Assembly: GCF_018350175.1 (NCBI RefSeq)
Contig: NC_058368.1
Coordinates: forward strand, 238,950,001 to 239,014,000
Origin: Felis catus
Lineage: Eukaryota
DNA: 64,000 nucleotides
Direction: 5' to 3'
Within the stretch, counting starts at the first letter, position 1, and each line of letters opens with the position of its first letter. The notes beneath the pieces were generated by a model. It saw only the letters and a list, made by a program, of their open reading frames with translations. It searched no databases and was not told the DNA's origin. Below, piece after piece: positions 47,866 to 61,707 of the stretch. The position numbers and the translations under genes are program-made.

Positions 47866-50249
47866 CACCCTTGGATGTTAACGCCTGTGTGACCCAACCC
47901 CCCCCCCCGCCCCCCAAGGCTGCCACCTCCCTGCCCCAGCACACTTTCCCCTTCGGGGCCTGGACTCAGGAGATGGAATCCACCTGAGTATACCTTTGAA
48001 CACACCAGTGACTAGCAGGGATTTCCCAGGGAATGAACACAAATTTTGCTTTGAAGCCAGCAGGCCTTGGATCCTCCTGGTCCGAGTGGGGTCAGGGGTT
48101 CACGCTGCGCAGGGAGGTCTCTGGGGCTGAGTGGGGAGCGCGACCCCGCCTGCATAACAGCGCCCTGTAGCAGCACTGCCGGCAGGACTGGGCCACAACC
48201 GCTCCCTCTGGCCTCCCCTGGCGCCAGCACCCTGAGGCGCTGAGTGTGTCCTGGGGGGTCTGGAGGTGCTCCGGCCTTAGGTCCGAGACCACCAGGTTTC
48301 TAACTCTCCCTTACTGAAAGCCATTAACTCTCCCCAGGGAAGGTGACCCAGGTCTCAGGTCCACCGGCCACAGCAAACCTCAAGCAGGACTCCTGCTGGA
48401 ACCCTCGCCTCCTGGGCCCCCTACAGGGCGTGTGCGCTATCTCCCTGGAAAACCCGACCGCGTGAGGGAGGGTCTCTGAGGCAGAACGCAGACCTGCTCC
48501 AGCCAGGCGGTGCTCCCAGGCAGGGGCCCCCGGGAGGCCTGTCCATGATGAGACATATCGGGCATTTCAAGGACAGTATCTGCTTAGTCGTGGTGGGAAA
48601 CCGCAGCTCGCTGGGCGCCGGCCTGGCCTGCACCGCTCCCGGTGGGACCTGTCTTTGGGGACCTGGCCGGGGCATCCAGCCTGGCGGAGGTGTGGACGGA
48701 TTCAGGGCTCTCAGGGGGCGACGTGCGGTAACAGCCCGACTTCTCCCGCAATCTTGAGGCGGGTCTCTGCCAGCTGCCCCTCCTGCACCCAGAGTCATAG
48801 CGGGTGGCCCGGACCCACACTCAAAGCCCCCGCAGCCCCTTTCACCATGAACAGCAAATACAACGTGGCCTCGGGGACTCGGCCATTGCGGTGAAACAGA
48901 ACGATGCATCATGATCACGTGCAATTTACCCCAGTGTCACCGGGGCTGCAGCTGACAGGCTCCGCCTGCCAGCCTCCCCCCAGCCCCCACCCCCAAAGCC
49001 TCACCATCCCTGGCCCCACCCCCAAGGCCCTCACAGCACCCCAAGACCCCAGAGAGACGGAGAGGCCGTGTGGTTTCCTGTTGGGGTCAAATGCTGGACG
49101 AGGATGTGAGCCAGCACCTGGGACATCAGTGCACCCCCCTCCCTGGATGTCCTGCTTGTGACAGGAGTGCTCTAGACTGCAGCAAGCCCTTTCTCCCATC
49201 TCAGACTTGGGGTCTTACTGACCAGCTGGTTCTCAGCAAAGGACACCCCCCAACCAGAACCTCCTCCGGTCCTCACCTTTTCTCCCTTTTCCTCCCCACC
49301 TCCCCTCCTCCAACTCCCAACCCCCCATCTGGTCCTCATCTGACCCCTAAGCCCTGCTGACCCTCACCCCCACCTGGCCATCCCCTCACCTGGACCACCT
49401 CACCTGCCCCTCCCTCCATGGGCCTCCAGCCCCAGCAAACCTCCTGACCGGACACAGCAGCCCAGCAGGTGCCACTGCATATGCGCCTTACCCCTCAGCT
49501 CGGCCCAGGCTCAGGTTCCTCCAGAGCCATCTGGTCCCCTGTGGGTATGTTCCCCAAGCTCGGGGTGCCCCTGGCCTCAGCACGGCTCGGGACAGCCATC
49601 CAGGAACAGAGCTCTCCTCTGACCAGACCCTCCCCACCACGAGGCCGGTGCCCTTGCAGAGGCCAAGGATCAACTCTTTATGGGCGGAGATGCTCTTGCG
49701 ATGCCCTGGCCCACTGCTCACCTCCCCTGCCCGGTACTGAGATTATCGTTATCACTGCGGGGAAATGACAGCGTGTCTGGGATGCTTTCAAAACAATCAG
49801 AGACGTGGGGAGGGACGCGGTGACTCTGGCGGAGCTCTGGTGACTTTGGGGGCAGCAGGTCAAGGAGAAAATGCAGAGTGTGGAAGTCAGGGCCGGGCTC
49901 TAGAGATTCCTGCAGGGAGGGAGGAGAGAGACACCGAGGGAGGACCCAGAGTCCAGACATGGGCCTGGAGCGTCTTCTCTGCCTGCTGCCGGAGGGGGAC
50001 ACAGCCTCGGGCGGCAAGCACAGACAGGTGCAGAGTGGGCCCCCCGAAATTGCTCCTCTGCTTTCAGAAGGGAGGCCCAGGAGGCATCCGGGACAAGTCT
50101 CCGAGTGGGGATGGGGGCTCAGATGGGCAGGGGAGGGGAGGGCCCAGCCAGGCTCGGGGGCCAGGGGATCGGAGCTGCCCTGGCAGGCCCGGGCCTGTGG
50201 CCTGAGTCTGGCGTGCCCTGAGCCTGCCTCTGCGTAGAAGCCGCCGTTG

Positions 50250-50400
50250 TGGCCGTCAAAGGCACCCTCTGCCGTAAACGGCTGCATAAACATTAATTAG
50301 CACAAGTTAATATATAATTCTGCACCCCACGGGTATCTCGCCAGCACCAGCACCATTGTTTGATAAGGATTTAACGAGAAGGAGGGCAACGCCGATAAGA
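50250..50400. promoter_or_regulatory. Candidate enhancer (TF motif cluster)
   Basis: AT-rich non-repeat island with TCAAAG, ATAAACA, TAATTA, CATTGTT and two GATAAG. Confidence 0.4.
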
Positions 50401-51354
50401 GCCTTCTCTCGTTGTGAGTGGCCTCACGGTCGGGATGAGGGGTGTTGGGGGGCACTGACCCCGCTGCTCTGCCGGCCGGACAGGACCCCGCCGCAGGGAG
50501 CCTCTGGTGCTGCCCAGGCCCTGGGCACTGCCACCCACCCTTGTCCAGGTCTTTGGGGCAGTGCCCCAGCACGCACCGTGTCGCCAGTTTTGGGGGGCTT
50601 TTCTATTCTCACTATTTTGAATTTGCAGCTTCGATGAGGGGCTTGTCAGCACAGGTGACCCACAGGAGCCCGGGGCCTTCCCATCTCTGTGTGCTTTTCC
50701 CTCTTGGCTCACCGACAGCAAGCCCAGGAGACAAGGTCAGGGGGTGAGGGACTTTACAATGAGGGACCGTACATTTGCCGGTACAGACGGTTCCCTTCCT
50801 GCAAACAGGTTAACTTGGCAGGTAGGACACAGCACATGCATTTGGGGGTGAGGAGAGAACCGGGTGTGTCAGAAACTGGGCTCCTAGCCTGTCCCAAGTT
50901 CGGGGAATGCGGCACACGGGCCATTTATGGGCCCCGCTGTCAGCGGGGAGCAGGGACGGTGACTCAGCTCTCACCCGCTGCTCCTCAGAATGATTCTGCC
51001 AGGGTGGGGTAGGACGTAGTGGGTGGGGCCCAGCCTTCCAAGTAAATGGAAGAGGAATAATTCAGGGACCCCTCCCCCCACCTGCCCTCCACCTCTGGCA
51101 ACTCCATCCACGCAGCCACTCTGTGCCAAAGCCATGAGTCCCCAGCTGTGTCAAGGCCACAGCACACCCCATCCCTCCTGGAGGCAGGCAGAGTCAGGCT
51201 CCCCCTGACCCTCTGGGCACTGCCCCCCTCCGATGAGCTAAGATGGGAAGAAAAGGTGGAAAGAGATTCATGAACGCACATGTCTGTCAGAGAATAGCTC
51301 ACGTAGACTATTCCACAGATGAACTCCTAGCTGAGGGCCCTGCTCCAAGATGCA

Positions 51355-51570
51355 GGGGCGCCTGGGTGGCTCAGTCGGTTCAGCGTCCAACTTCAGCTCA
51401 GGTCATGATTTCACAGTTCATGAGTTCCAGTCCCCCATTGGGCTCTGTGCTGACAGCTCGGAGCCTGGAGCTGCTTCGGATTCTGTGTCTCCCTCTCTCT
51501 CTGCCTCTCCCCTACTTATCCTCTCTCTCTCTCTCAAAAATAAATAGAAAACACACACATATATATACAA
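51355..51570 (+). mobile_element. CanSINE with tail turning into (CA)n(TA)n
   Basis: Full body; TSD aagatgcaggg. Confidence 0.94.
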
Positions 51571-52734
51571 AGATGCAGGGACACAGAAGTCATCGTCCTT
51601 GATTTCAGGACAAACACACACACGCACATGCACACAGTTTTGTCTCAAACCTCTGGTCCCAGCCTCGTGGACAAGCTTCCCATACAGATGTGCTTGGTGA
51701 GTCAGTCCCCACCCTGCCTGCCTTTGTCTCCTGTGCTCGGGCAGGTGGAGAGCACTGACCCTGGAGACACATGTGGGGCCCGGCATGGGAGCGGCATACA
51801 GGTGGTGGGAGCCGGGCTCTGGGAAAAGCCGGTGGAGAGACCTTGGGAGAAAACCTGCAAGTGCATGTGTGTTTTCTGGCCAACCAAAGCCACAACTGTC
51901 ACACGCATTAGATGCACCCCTGGGGCATCGTGGCATTAACAAAAAAGCGACCATTGATCTCAACAAACTTGTAAATAGCGTGGCCAGCTGGCTGCTGGCA
52001 CTGCGTCAGGAGGCTGTCCCCCCAGTGAAGCTGCTCTCCTACCCAGGCACTTCCAGGTAGGAAGTGCCTGGGACGCTCCGTCCACGGGGGTGCTGGGGCG
52101 TCCGGAAGCCACCTCATCCACACGCACGGGGGCGTGGGAAAGACTGAGCATCGTCCTGGCTCTCATCCTCTGTCTCCAGAAACCTGCCACGTGATGGGCC
52201 TCAACAGCTGGTCAAGGGCCCTCTGGGCTTCCTGGACCCCCTCCCGCTGCTGCCCCGAGTCGGCCCCTCTTAGGCTGTTGCTTCTCCCTTCAGGGACTCC
52301 AGGCTCTGGGGGGAAACGCGGACGCCCCTGGTGCAGCGATGCTGTCACATTGGGGCCTGCGGGTGGGACCCGCCAGGAAAGGGGTGACAGCTTGAGGGGG
52401 TGGCGTATTGCCCGCTAGCAGAATACCTATTACCCAGGGCCGTCCAGGGAGTCAGGAAGCCAGGACACTGTTCCCACCATCACCCTCCTCGGAGCCAACC
52501 AGCCACCCTTGGCTGCAACCCGTCTAGCTCAGTGTGTGGGGGGGGGGGAGGGGGGGGGGTTCCTTCTGGCTAAGCTCTGTTCTTGCCTCACCCCCGGGCA
52601 CTGGTTCCACTGGGACCGGCACCAGTGGCCTTCCATACAGACAGACGGCCCCCCTTCTGTACGCCTGCCTCCGTATTCCCTGATCCTGGACCCTGGACAC
52701 TCACGTGGAGCCAGCAGCAGGCTGGGTGCTACCG

Positions 52735-52810
52735 CCATCACTCCGTCTAACAGAAGAGGCACAGAGAGGCTCGGTAACTCCCCAAAGGCAACACAGCCAG
52801 CCAGCAGTCG
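52735..52810 (-). mobile_element. MIR core relic
   Basis: aacagaagaggcacagagaggctcggtaactccccaaaggcaacacagccag. Confidence 0.5.
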
Positions 52811-54459
52811 GGAAGGGATTCCCTGAGGCTCTCTCTCTCTCTCTGCATATGCAAATGCCCACGTGCAGGGCAGCTGGGGGGTTGGGGGGGGAGGGCTGGC
52901 TCTGCGAGCCTGCGATCTGGGGCGAATCACGGAAGCCTTCAGCTTCCTTGCTTTAAAATGGGATTAGAACGTGTAGAGCGTAGATGTTAGGTCTGCCTGC
53001 TGCGTGGGGTTCCCATGGGTATCGAATGAACCCGGGGTGGGGACACAGGCAGGGGTCAGCAGCTAGAGCTGTCATTATTTTCCTGTATATTTAATACCCG
53101 ATCCCCAAATAAGGAAGTGCGGGGCAGAACAATGGGCATATTCACTGGCTGCCGAGGGGCCCGGTGCTAAGTCTGCAGCCCAGCGGCCCCCAGTGCTGCC
53201 CGAAAATCGGCCGTGCCCTGTCTCTGCCCATCATGGGGTCACACACTTCTGAGAGCGGGGTGCGTAGTCTCGTGGTGGGTCTGCGTGAATGCCGGAGGCT
53301 GTGTTCGATAAGGGAGACCTTGGTCCCAACCCAAACAGAGGAGCTCAGCAGACTCCAAGGAGTCCCCGCGGTGACGGTTTGTGCCGAGGGCCTGTGCCGG
53401 CCAGGCGCAGAGCGGTTCGCGTTTGATGTGGTGTCAGAATCCAGAACTTCTGAAAGAAAACACGCAGGCGCTCTCACGCGAGGGAAGTGGCGAGCAGGCC
53501 TACGCCCCCCTCGGCTTACGGGGCTCGTGGGTCCGCAGCCGTGGCCAGGCGAGCCTCGGCTGAGACGGGCCCCGGGGACCTGAGGACGCGGCTCTTCCGC
53601 GGGACAACCCCGTGCGCACATCCAAGGAAAACACGCTTGTTTTCGCAAGCAGACGTAGCAGAAGCAGGCGAGATTGATTTTTGAAAATATTATTCCTGAA
53701 ATCTAAACTTGTGGCTGGGGTTTGCTGGCACTGTGGCTCTTTGGGCATCTCGGGTTCCGGACACCAGCCTTCACCCTGGGGCTATTTTCTTCCACCCCAA
53801 ATCTCAAAAGCCGGCTGTGGTGGCCTCCGTGCCCGTGGCCCAGGAGGTGACCAGAGGGGCGGGGGCAGGGCAAAGGCTCCTGTGCCTCTCACACCTTCCA
53901 CACCCTGTCCTGGGCCACTAAACCGTGACTCAGACGGTGCTGGATCCCCGGTTCTTCCTCAGGATTATACTCAATAAACCTGGTAACTCCTATTTATGGA
54001 AAGAAGTCCCAGTTTATACCCAACATGGCTGTCTCCTTTACAGTACAATTGACCTCGGCCCAGCCTGTGACCCTGGGCGCCCCTGCTGCCCGGCCCTGGG
54101 TGGGTGCTTGAGGCCAGGCTGTGAGTTCTGTCCTGCAAGGTCTCAGGAGGGGTGAGCAAGCATGGGGCTCCAGGGGCAGGTCCTCTCCAGCAGAGGGGAA
54201 TGGAGGCTGGAGGGGCCCGGGGGGGCTCCAGTCGGAACCCCCTGAAACTGGTGGGGGCCAGGAACCCCACAGCCCACTGCCCTAAGGGGTCTTCTCGATA
54301 AGGGCTCAGGATGTCTCTCCCTCGCCTCCTCAAGTTGGGCTTTGACAACACCGGTTGGTGTTGGCTCAAATTGCCTGGGGACATCGAGGTCCAGCATGTA
54401 CAGGGCAGGGAAGGAAGGGCAGTGAGGGGCCACGGGACCGGCTGTGCGGGCATTCAGCC

Positions 54460-54600
54460 ACGTGACCCGGGGCAGACCCTGCCGCCTCTCTGTGCCTGTG
54501 TTTCCCCATCTGCACAAAGGGAGGTGCAGTCCTTGCTTTCGGCTCCCCTTCGTCCCGCTTTCACTCCCGTTTGACAGACGGGAGACTGAGGCAGAGAAAA
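54460..54600. mobile_element. Two MIR core relics in opposite orientation
   Basis: ctctctgtgcctgtgtttccccatctgcacaaaggg (+) followed by cccgtttgacagacgggagactgaggcagaga (-). Confidence 0.55.
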
Positions 54601-57600
54601 CCCACATGCCTAACCACAGTCCATAAACCCCACGAAAGCCTGTGTCTTGTGAGCTGTGCAGTGAGCACCCAGCAAACCCTGGTGCCAGGGACACAGCGGC
54701 TGTGCTCCCAGAGACACGGTGATGTCCCTGCGAAGGACACAGACTCACACTCGCCGCCTTTCGGGACAAGCGAGTCTGCTCCCAGGTGGTTCCACGGCCC
54801 AGCGCTGCTGCCCTCTGGATGTGGGGCCCTCAAGGCCTGGAGGAGGTGTCCACGGGGAGACCCCGGAGAGGGCGCAGGGAGGGACAGTGCGCAGAAACTG
54901 TGAGAGTGGCCTCGAGGGGACGAGCAGATGTGGAGTGCCCGCGCCTTCAAAGCATGTCTGTGCAGCCCTCGTTCGGGACGGTCCTGTGCGATACGCGCCA
55001 TGGGGACGAAGGCGGACCCACTGAGCCGCCCACAGGGGCCTGGCTCGTCCCCATTCCTGCCTTCCGCGTCCTCAGGAATCCAACACACACCCCAAGAGGG
55101 TAGGATCCCTGTCCGGGCCGAGGCTGGGTCAGGGAGCCTGGAAATGAGCATTCAGATGACTAAGGACTGCCCTTCCCTCTCGCTCTGCCCCTGACCTCTG
55201 ACCCTTCACTGAGGAGGCCAGAGGGCCGGTGCATGCTCCCTGACCTCTCCTGGCCCTGTGGCCCACAGTGAAATGCCTGGGTCTTTAGGGACCAGGCGGC
55301 CCCTCTTGGGTCCTCTTCTTCCGGTGGGGATGGGCTTCTTGAGAGGGCTCATCTGTGTTCGGGTGTCTCTCTCGAGTGTCTGAGCAAACAGGTCTGCTCA
55401 GGCCTGGCCCAGCACAGGATGGCCCCTTGACGGGCGTGCTGCACTTGTTAGCGGGGTAGGCCTCCGTCCCACGGCCGCCCCAGGCCTGCCCAGGGACAGG
55501 AGTCTCTAGGGGGTCTCAGAGGCCTGGAAGTCCCAGGTAGCAGCAGAGGCACAGACTGTGGGGGACAGAGGCATGCCCGGGGCTGCGGGCCCCTCCCGCC
55601 TGGGCACCGACGCGGCCCCCGCGCGGAGCCGGCCCCTGCCTAGAGGCCGGGTTTAGGGCTCTGCCAGAGCCACAGGGGCAGCGGGCACAGGGCTCTCGCG
55701 TGCGGAGCTGGGCTGATGGTGAGAGGGATTCCCCCTTTCCCAAAACAGCAGCGGGAGCCAGGGGGAGCCGTGCTGGCACACGGTGTCCTCAAGGGTGGGA
55801 GCAAGCGGGTCCTCCTCTGCCCTTCTGACGAGGGCGGCCCAGCTTCTCTGGGGGCAGGAGGGCGCCCGGCGGTGTGTGCCGGGACCTTGACTCTGTGCCC
55901 CAGGACAGTGAGTCCCCCCAGAAGCCGTCCCGTGCCAGCCAGGTCTTGCATGAGCGACATTCCCATCTGAAAGGCTAATTTGTGTAAATGCATGCTCTCC
56001 TAGGAATGTGCCTTCCCCACCACACACGCTCTGCACATTCCTCTCTGTGAAAACTTTCCACTGTCAGGTGAGTGCTGCTGGGCCCGGGGGGAGACCGCAT
56101 GCTTATTCCCCCAGGAAGCCCCCTCCCACGCCTCTGTTCCCCATGTCTTTGGGTGTGGGTAGTACCTGAAGTAGTCAGAGTCCTTGGTGGGGAGGTCAGG
56201 GACAGAGCGGCCCTGACCACAGGACCTTGGTCGATGCTCTGAGGCTCAGCGAAGCAGCAGAGGATTGGGCTGCACTCTCACAATCAGTGGGTTTCCGAAC
56301 TCAGACTCTAGCCACTGATCCTGCCTGTGAAAAGCCTCAGCTCCCACCTGAGCCCCTCTGGGGCCCTGACGTGCGCTTACTGTGAAACCCCTGAAGACAG
56401 GACCCTACAGTGGGGAGCACATGGCATGCTTCCTAAATGGGGGGGGGGGTCCCATTGGTGCCAGTGACAGGCCTCCAGGGGCAGCAGTGGCAAACCAGCC
56501 ATCCTACTCCTGCACTTGCCAAGGACAGTGCTCTGGGCTATGCTGCTTGGTGACGGGGTTCCGGCTTTGGCCATCACTCTTCCCGGCAGTGCACAGTGGA
56601 AGCAAAACGGGTGGAATGAGATTCAAATGGGGCCAACGGTGACCCTGCCGCCTGCCCTGCTCCTGTCCACACCATCCTTGCCTGAGCCACGGATGGCCCC
56701 AGGGCCTGCACCCCTCAGGTGCCCTTCCCTCCCAGCAGGATCTCCAGCGGCAGGAGGGGGTGGTCAGCAGGGGGCAGGTTCAGGGCAGGGACAAGTGTCC
56801 ACCTTGGCTCCTCCCCTCCGCGTCCCCTGGATGTCCCCAGCACCATCTGGGGTGCTCAGACCCATGGCTCACTCCGAGACCTCCCGCCCTCCACACGCCT
56901 GGGGGCTGCCGATCAGACTTCAACCTCTGCTTCCACTGAAGAACGTGACTCGAAGGACAAATGCAGGGAAACACATAAGGGCCAGTTTTCAGAGCACGAT
57001 ATTTATTCCCATCAACAGCTCTAAAGTTATTCCCATCAACAGCACTGCCATTCTTTGCAGAAATCTCCCCGGATTCCTTTTAGAAGAAATGCTATCAGGA
57101 GTGAGTATGTGAACAGAAGTACGTCCATCCCCGTGAATAGGGGCTCATCCCAAGAGCACCCAAGGCCTCCGGCTCAGGTGTGAGCAGCAGTCTCTCAGGA
57201 ACACAATGTGCATTGTCCTTCCCCCGGCGGGCAGCACCGGGCCCCGAGGCCCTGGGAGCCTCCTAAACCCTCAGCACACACCCTATCAGCCCTTAGACAA
57301 ACCCCAGATGCCCCACTCACCCCTGCCCGGCTATTGTCATCAGCCTTTCGGTGTGTGTTTGCTCTGGGCCTGTCCTGATACTCACTATTGATCGCCAGGA
57401 GAGGTGGGGCTGGGGCTGGGCAGGGAGGCCAGTGGCTCGCGGGCCTACGGGGAACTGGCCCACCTCCAGCAGCCTCAGTGAGAGCCCTGCAGGCTTCCGG
57501 TGCTGACGTGCCAGCTGTGTGTCGCTTCCATTTGGGAGGTCCGAGGAGTAGGGAACAGGTTGGCATACCTGCCCCGGGTTACCCCCGGTTTCAGGGATCG

Positions 57601-59039
57601 GCATTCACTGTGACGCCAGCGGGGGGTACCGATGGGTCCAGCTTGGAGCCCCGCCCACTGTGTGCGCCACAGTGGTGGCCACTTGGGAGAAGCTGAGGCT
57701 CCTCGATATGAATAAGACGGTGCCCAAGGCAGGCGGGGGGTCTGGGCCAGGCGGGCCCCCAGAGCTTGCTCTCCCTGATCAGGCTTCTGATCACAAACAC
57801 CTGGGGGCTTCCGGGCTCTTCTGGTTCAAGTGGAAGTAGAAGTGGGAGCATCTGCGCTAGGATGGGGTGAAAACGGCGTGGTTAATCGACTCCCTCCTCC
57901 TTCAATAATGTCTACAGAGCCACAGTGAAGGGGCCTCAGAGGGCAGACCTGATGGTGACAGGGCCCAGCTCCTGCTTCCCACAGCAAAGGGCAAGAGTGC
58001 AGGAGGGTGAACTGAGCACCAGCCTGTGTTCAGAGGGCCGTCCACTCCCGGCATGCACAGCCCTGCAACCCTGGACGCACTGTCCACACCATGCCAAAGG
58101 GCATCTGCACGCAGCGAGGGTGGGCCAGTCCCCAAGGTCTGCTGCACATGGGCGGTGGGGTGAAGCGGGCTCAGTGCACGCGGGCGGCAGGGTGAAGCCC
58201 TCACTCAGCTGCCTGCTCCCGCTTATGCGCCCAGCTGCTCTGCCACCCCCTGGATGTTTCCAGGGCTCCAGAGTCCTCAGCCAGCTCTCAGCCTCGGGGT
58301 CTAGCTGCAAGGACTGCTGCGCTGTCTTTAGGGGTGAATTAGCACTCGGGAGGGTGGGCTTGCAGGACTGGAAGGGGAGCCAAGAGCAAGTCTCCTGCAA
58401 AGCGGGCAAAGCCATGGATGAGGCAAGATCCAAAGGCTCTGTATGCCGCCGCACACACCTCAGAGCCCCGGGGACCCCTGGGCTTGGGCGGGGAGCCCAA
58501 GGAGAAGACCTGGGTGATCAGTCAAGTGTGAGACGCTCCAGGGACACCAGCTGCTGAACTCTGCATGAACAATGACTTCCAACACAGTGATGCAGTGGGG
58601 TGGGCACACTTGGATCTCGGGGAGGTGGGTGAGATCCAAACTGTGAGGTCATCTGTGTCTCCAGGCTCAAGACTCATTTCCCGGCATTTACACACGGGGG
58701 TCCCCTTCCCACGTGTGGACCGAGCAGTTCGAAGGCACGTCTACGCTACATGCAGAACTCAGTCCAAATAAATGTTTGCTGAAGGGGAGTGAATGTAAAA
58801 GGAACACTTGGGGAAACTAACAAGGCCGACGAGGGAGAAGGAAACATTGGAGGACGTGGGTACAGAGCAAGCTTACTTTTCTTTGAGCAAAGTCTGGGTA
58901 AGTGTCGACACACAGGAGTCGCGTCCCTGGCAGGAGCGTTGCACCTGCCGCGGGATAGCCGTGTGCTGCCCTGGTGGAGAGTGAGCCCTGCCAGGCCCAG
59001 GGCTGTAGGCTGCAGGCCGCACACCGGCTAGCTCAAGGC

Positions 59040-60217
59040 AATAGTTAAGAAAGGACGTGTGAAGACAAACCCTGTCACACTTGATGAGAAAGCAAAAAAC
59101 ACACTTTCAATAGACGACTAGATTGAAAGCAAAAGAATGGAAAATGATGCACCTGTCAGGTGCTGACCGAAAGAAAACTGGGACCACTGTATGAATGTCA
59201 GCAGACATCAGGCAAGTGTCTTTGAGATAAATGGGGACAGTCCATACGACAAAGAGCCAGTGCAGCGTGAAGACACAGCCATCCTGTTAACACAGCCTAA
59301 ATCACAGAGAGCAAAAGCAAATACACCCGAGACGACACAGCCACCGGCACAGATGACGATTTTAACACATCTCTTCGTTACTGAAATCAGTAAGGATGTA
59401 GAAAATTCGAAGAACGCGATGAAGCAGTTTGGCCAAGTGGGCAAATATGAAACCCCAGAGCACACGTCCTCACCGCGGGCACGTGGAATAGTCCCCGTGA
59501 GAGCCCAGACTCTAGGTCGCAAAGCAGGCGTGAGAAATGCAAAAGGGTTGGAGCCATGCACGTTCCCTGGCTGTGCCGGAGCGACACGGGTCTCGATGGC
59601 AGAAAGATCACAGCAGCAACCTGCGAGCATTCCGGAGGCAAATGCTGGCACGCACAGCACTTCTGAGTGACCCACGTCAAAGGGGAAATCGCAACAGAAA
59701 GTGGAAAATATTTTGAACTGAATGAGGCAAACCCAACATATTACAACCATGGGGTGCACCAAGAAGGTTGTCAGAGGGGACTTCACAGCTTCTTGGAGAA
59801 GTCATGGATTTAAGAAAGAGAAACACTGAAAACCAATGACCAGGACTTCCAGTTCAGGAAGCCAGAAGAACATCGAAATTAGAGCAAAGAATGAAAGGAG
59901 GGGAAAAGGCGTCTATGACACAGAGACATACAGTAGAGAGAATCAGCAAAACCCAAACCTGGTTCTGTAAACAACAAGAACAAAACAACCATTACCAGCG
60001 TGAGGCACAAACAGGGAAGCAGCACATTACAGACACAAAAGGATATCGTGAACTTGACAAACATGAAGTTTAGGTGAATTGGGCAAATTCCTTGAAAATA
60101 AAATTCACCAAAATGGATACAGCAAGAAACAGAAAGTCTGAATGGCCGTGCATTTAATAAGGTAAATTCATAATTGAAACTCCTTCCGCCTAGAAAAGCA
60201 TTCACTGGAGAATTCTC
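59040..60217 (+). mobile_element. Old L1M ORF2 endonuclease to pre-RT region
   Basis: gaaagcaaaagaatggaaaa, aaatattttgaactgaatga, aatcagcaaaacccaaacctggttct, ends ttcactggagaattct. Confidence 0.8.
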
Positions 60218-60830
60218 CTGTGTCTTGAATATCTTTTGTTGGATTTTTTCCCCTATGTACTTCATATTTTTGATGCTGTGTAATAGTGTTTCTAAATTAG
60301 TTTTTATTTTCTGGAAAGTTTCTTGCAGAGTATAGAAAGAGAACTGATTTCAGACCGGTTTTGAAGCCAGTGAGCTTGCCAACCTAACTCATGAATTCCA
60401 GTAATCCGTCCCCAAGTCGCGGGTGTCGCATGTAGGCGACAACCACACGTGCATGACTGACCCTTTCCTCCATCGTGCCCGGACGCAGAGTGAGGAAGGG
60501 TCCCTGACGGAGACCCCTGTGTGGCTGGGCAGCACCTGGGGGCACTACCCATGTCCGCAGGAGTTATTTACCAGTTTGCGAAGAGACTTCCTCCTTGTGT
60601 GTGTTGTGAGTGGATTTTCAATTTTACCGAGGGCTCTTTCTGCCTCCACTGGTACATCCCTGAGCTTCCTTCTTCAGTCTGTTCACAGAGGAGCTACAGG
60701 AATGGCTTTTCCAATATCAAATCCCCCTTTCTTTCCTGAGGTGCTCAGCTTGCTAAGTCCCTGTTTCCTTCTCCACACCTTTCTGGGTTCAGTTGTGAAT
60801 CCTTGTGTTTACGATGGTTCCAGTCTTATG
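60218..60830 (-). mobile_element. Old L1M ORF2 RT region, inverted relative to its neighbour
   Basis: cttttgttggatttt..tacttcatatttttgatgct; gctctttctgcctccactg. Confidence 0.7.
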
Positions 60831-61707
60831 CCTGAACGGGGTGGGTTTCTCGGCCTGGCTGGCAGGGCCTGGGGGGGCGGGGGTGGACTGGTGACCGGGC
60901 TCTGGTGGTCTGAGCCTGTGACCCCATCTGATGGGTTTTTACGGGGCCCCAGAAAGGAGCTCAGGCGGGTGGTCTGCACTGGGTCTGTGCAGGCGGCACA
61001 GGGTCCCAGGGCCGTTTGTCGGGAGGGGGCACTGTAGTCCCAGGAGAAAGTCACAGCCTAGAGACAGCACGGGGATGTCAGGGGGCACGGTCCATGGTTG
61101 GGGTCCCTCCCAGAATGGAGGTCTTGCTTCCAGAAAGGAGAGGGGAGCCTGAGACCCTGCAGAGTAAGAGGCGGGGCCCAGAGATGGGGGCCCCCATGAA
61201 GGGGGGTCACCTGTGTCCGGGGATGCCTGGATGTGGCCAGAGTCCGTGTGAGGTCAGTGGGCAGAGGGGCAGGTGGGGGACCAGGGAGTGATCAGATGTG
61301 GTTGGGGGGAAAGGCTCCTGCAAGAACGCAATGGAGTCCCCAGAGCCACGGTCATAGAGGATCCCTGGTGTCCCCAAAGGCAGGGGAAGACAGGCCAGGC
61401 TCCCCGACTTGGCCAAGCCAGTGGTGTGGAGTGGGGTGTGGAACAGGGGTGCTGATGGGGTCTCTGACGGGGGTCAGGATCCCAAGGGAGACAGGGATCT
61501 GGGGCCCTGGGGGGGGGTGGCTGGGACCTTGCGGCAGTGCCCTGCCCCCAACCTGTCACCCCAGGCCCGGGAGCCTCACCACAGCTGACCCCATGGTGCA
61601 CAACCCCATCAGTGGACCGGTGTCCTGGACGCACTGCTGAGGTGGAAATGTTGGAGCTGCTGTTTGGGACGAGATCCCAGCCTGCAGTTTGCCCCGACGC
61701 TCCTTAC

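Noticed and set aside
54346..54363. Hairpin caacacc-ggtt-ggtgttg
   Set aside because: A 7-bp stem is expected by chance in 64 kb and is too short for a pre-miRNA
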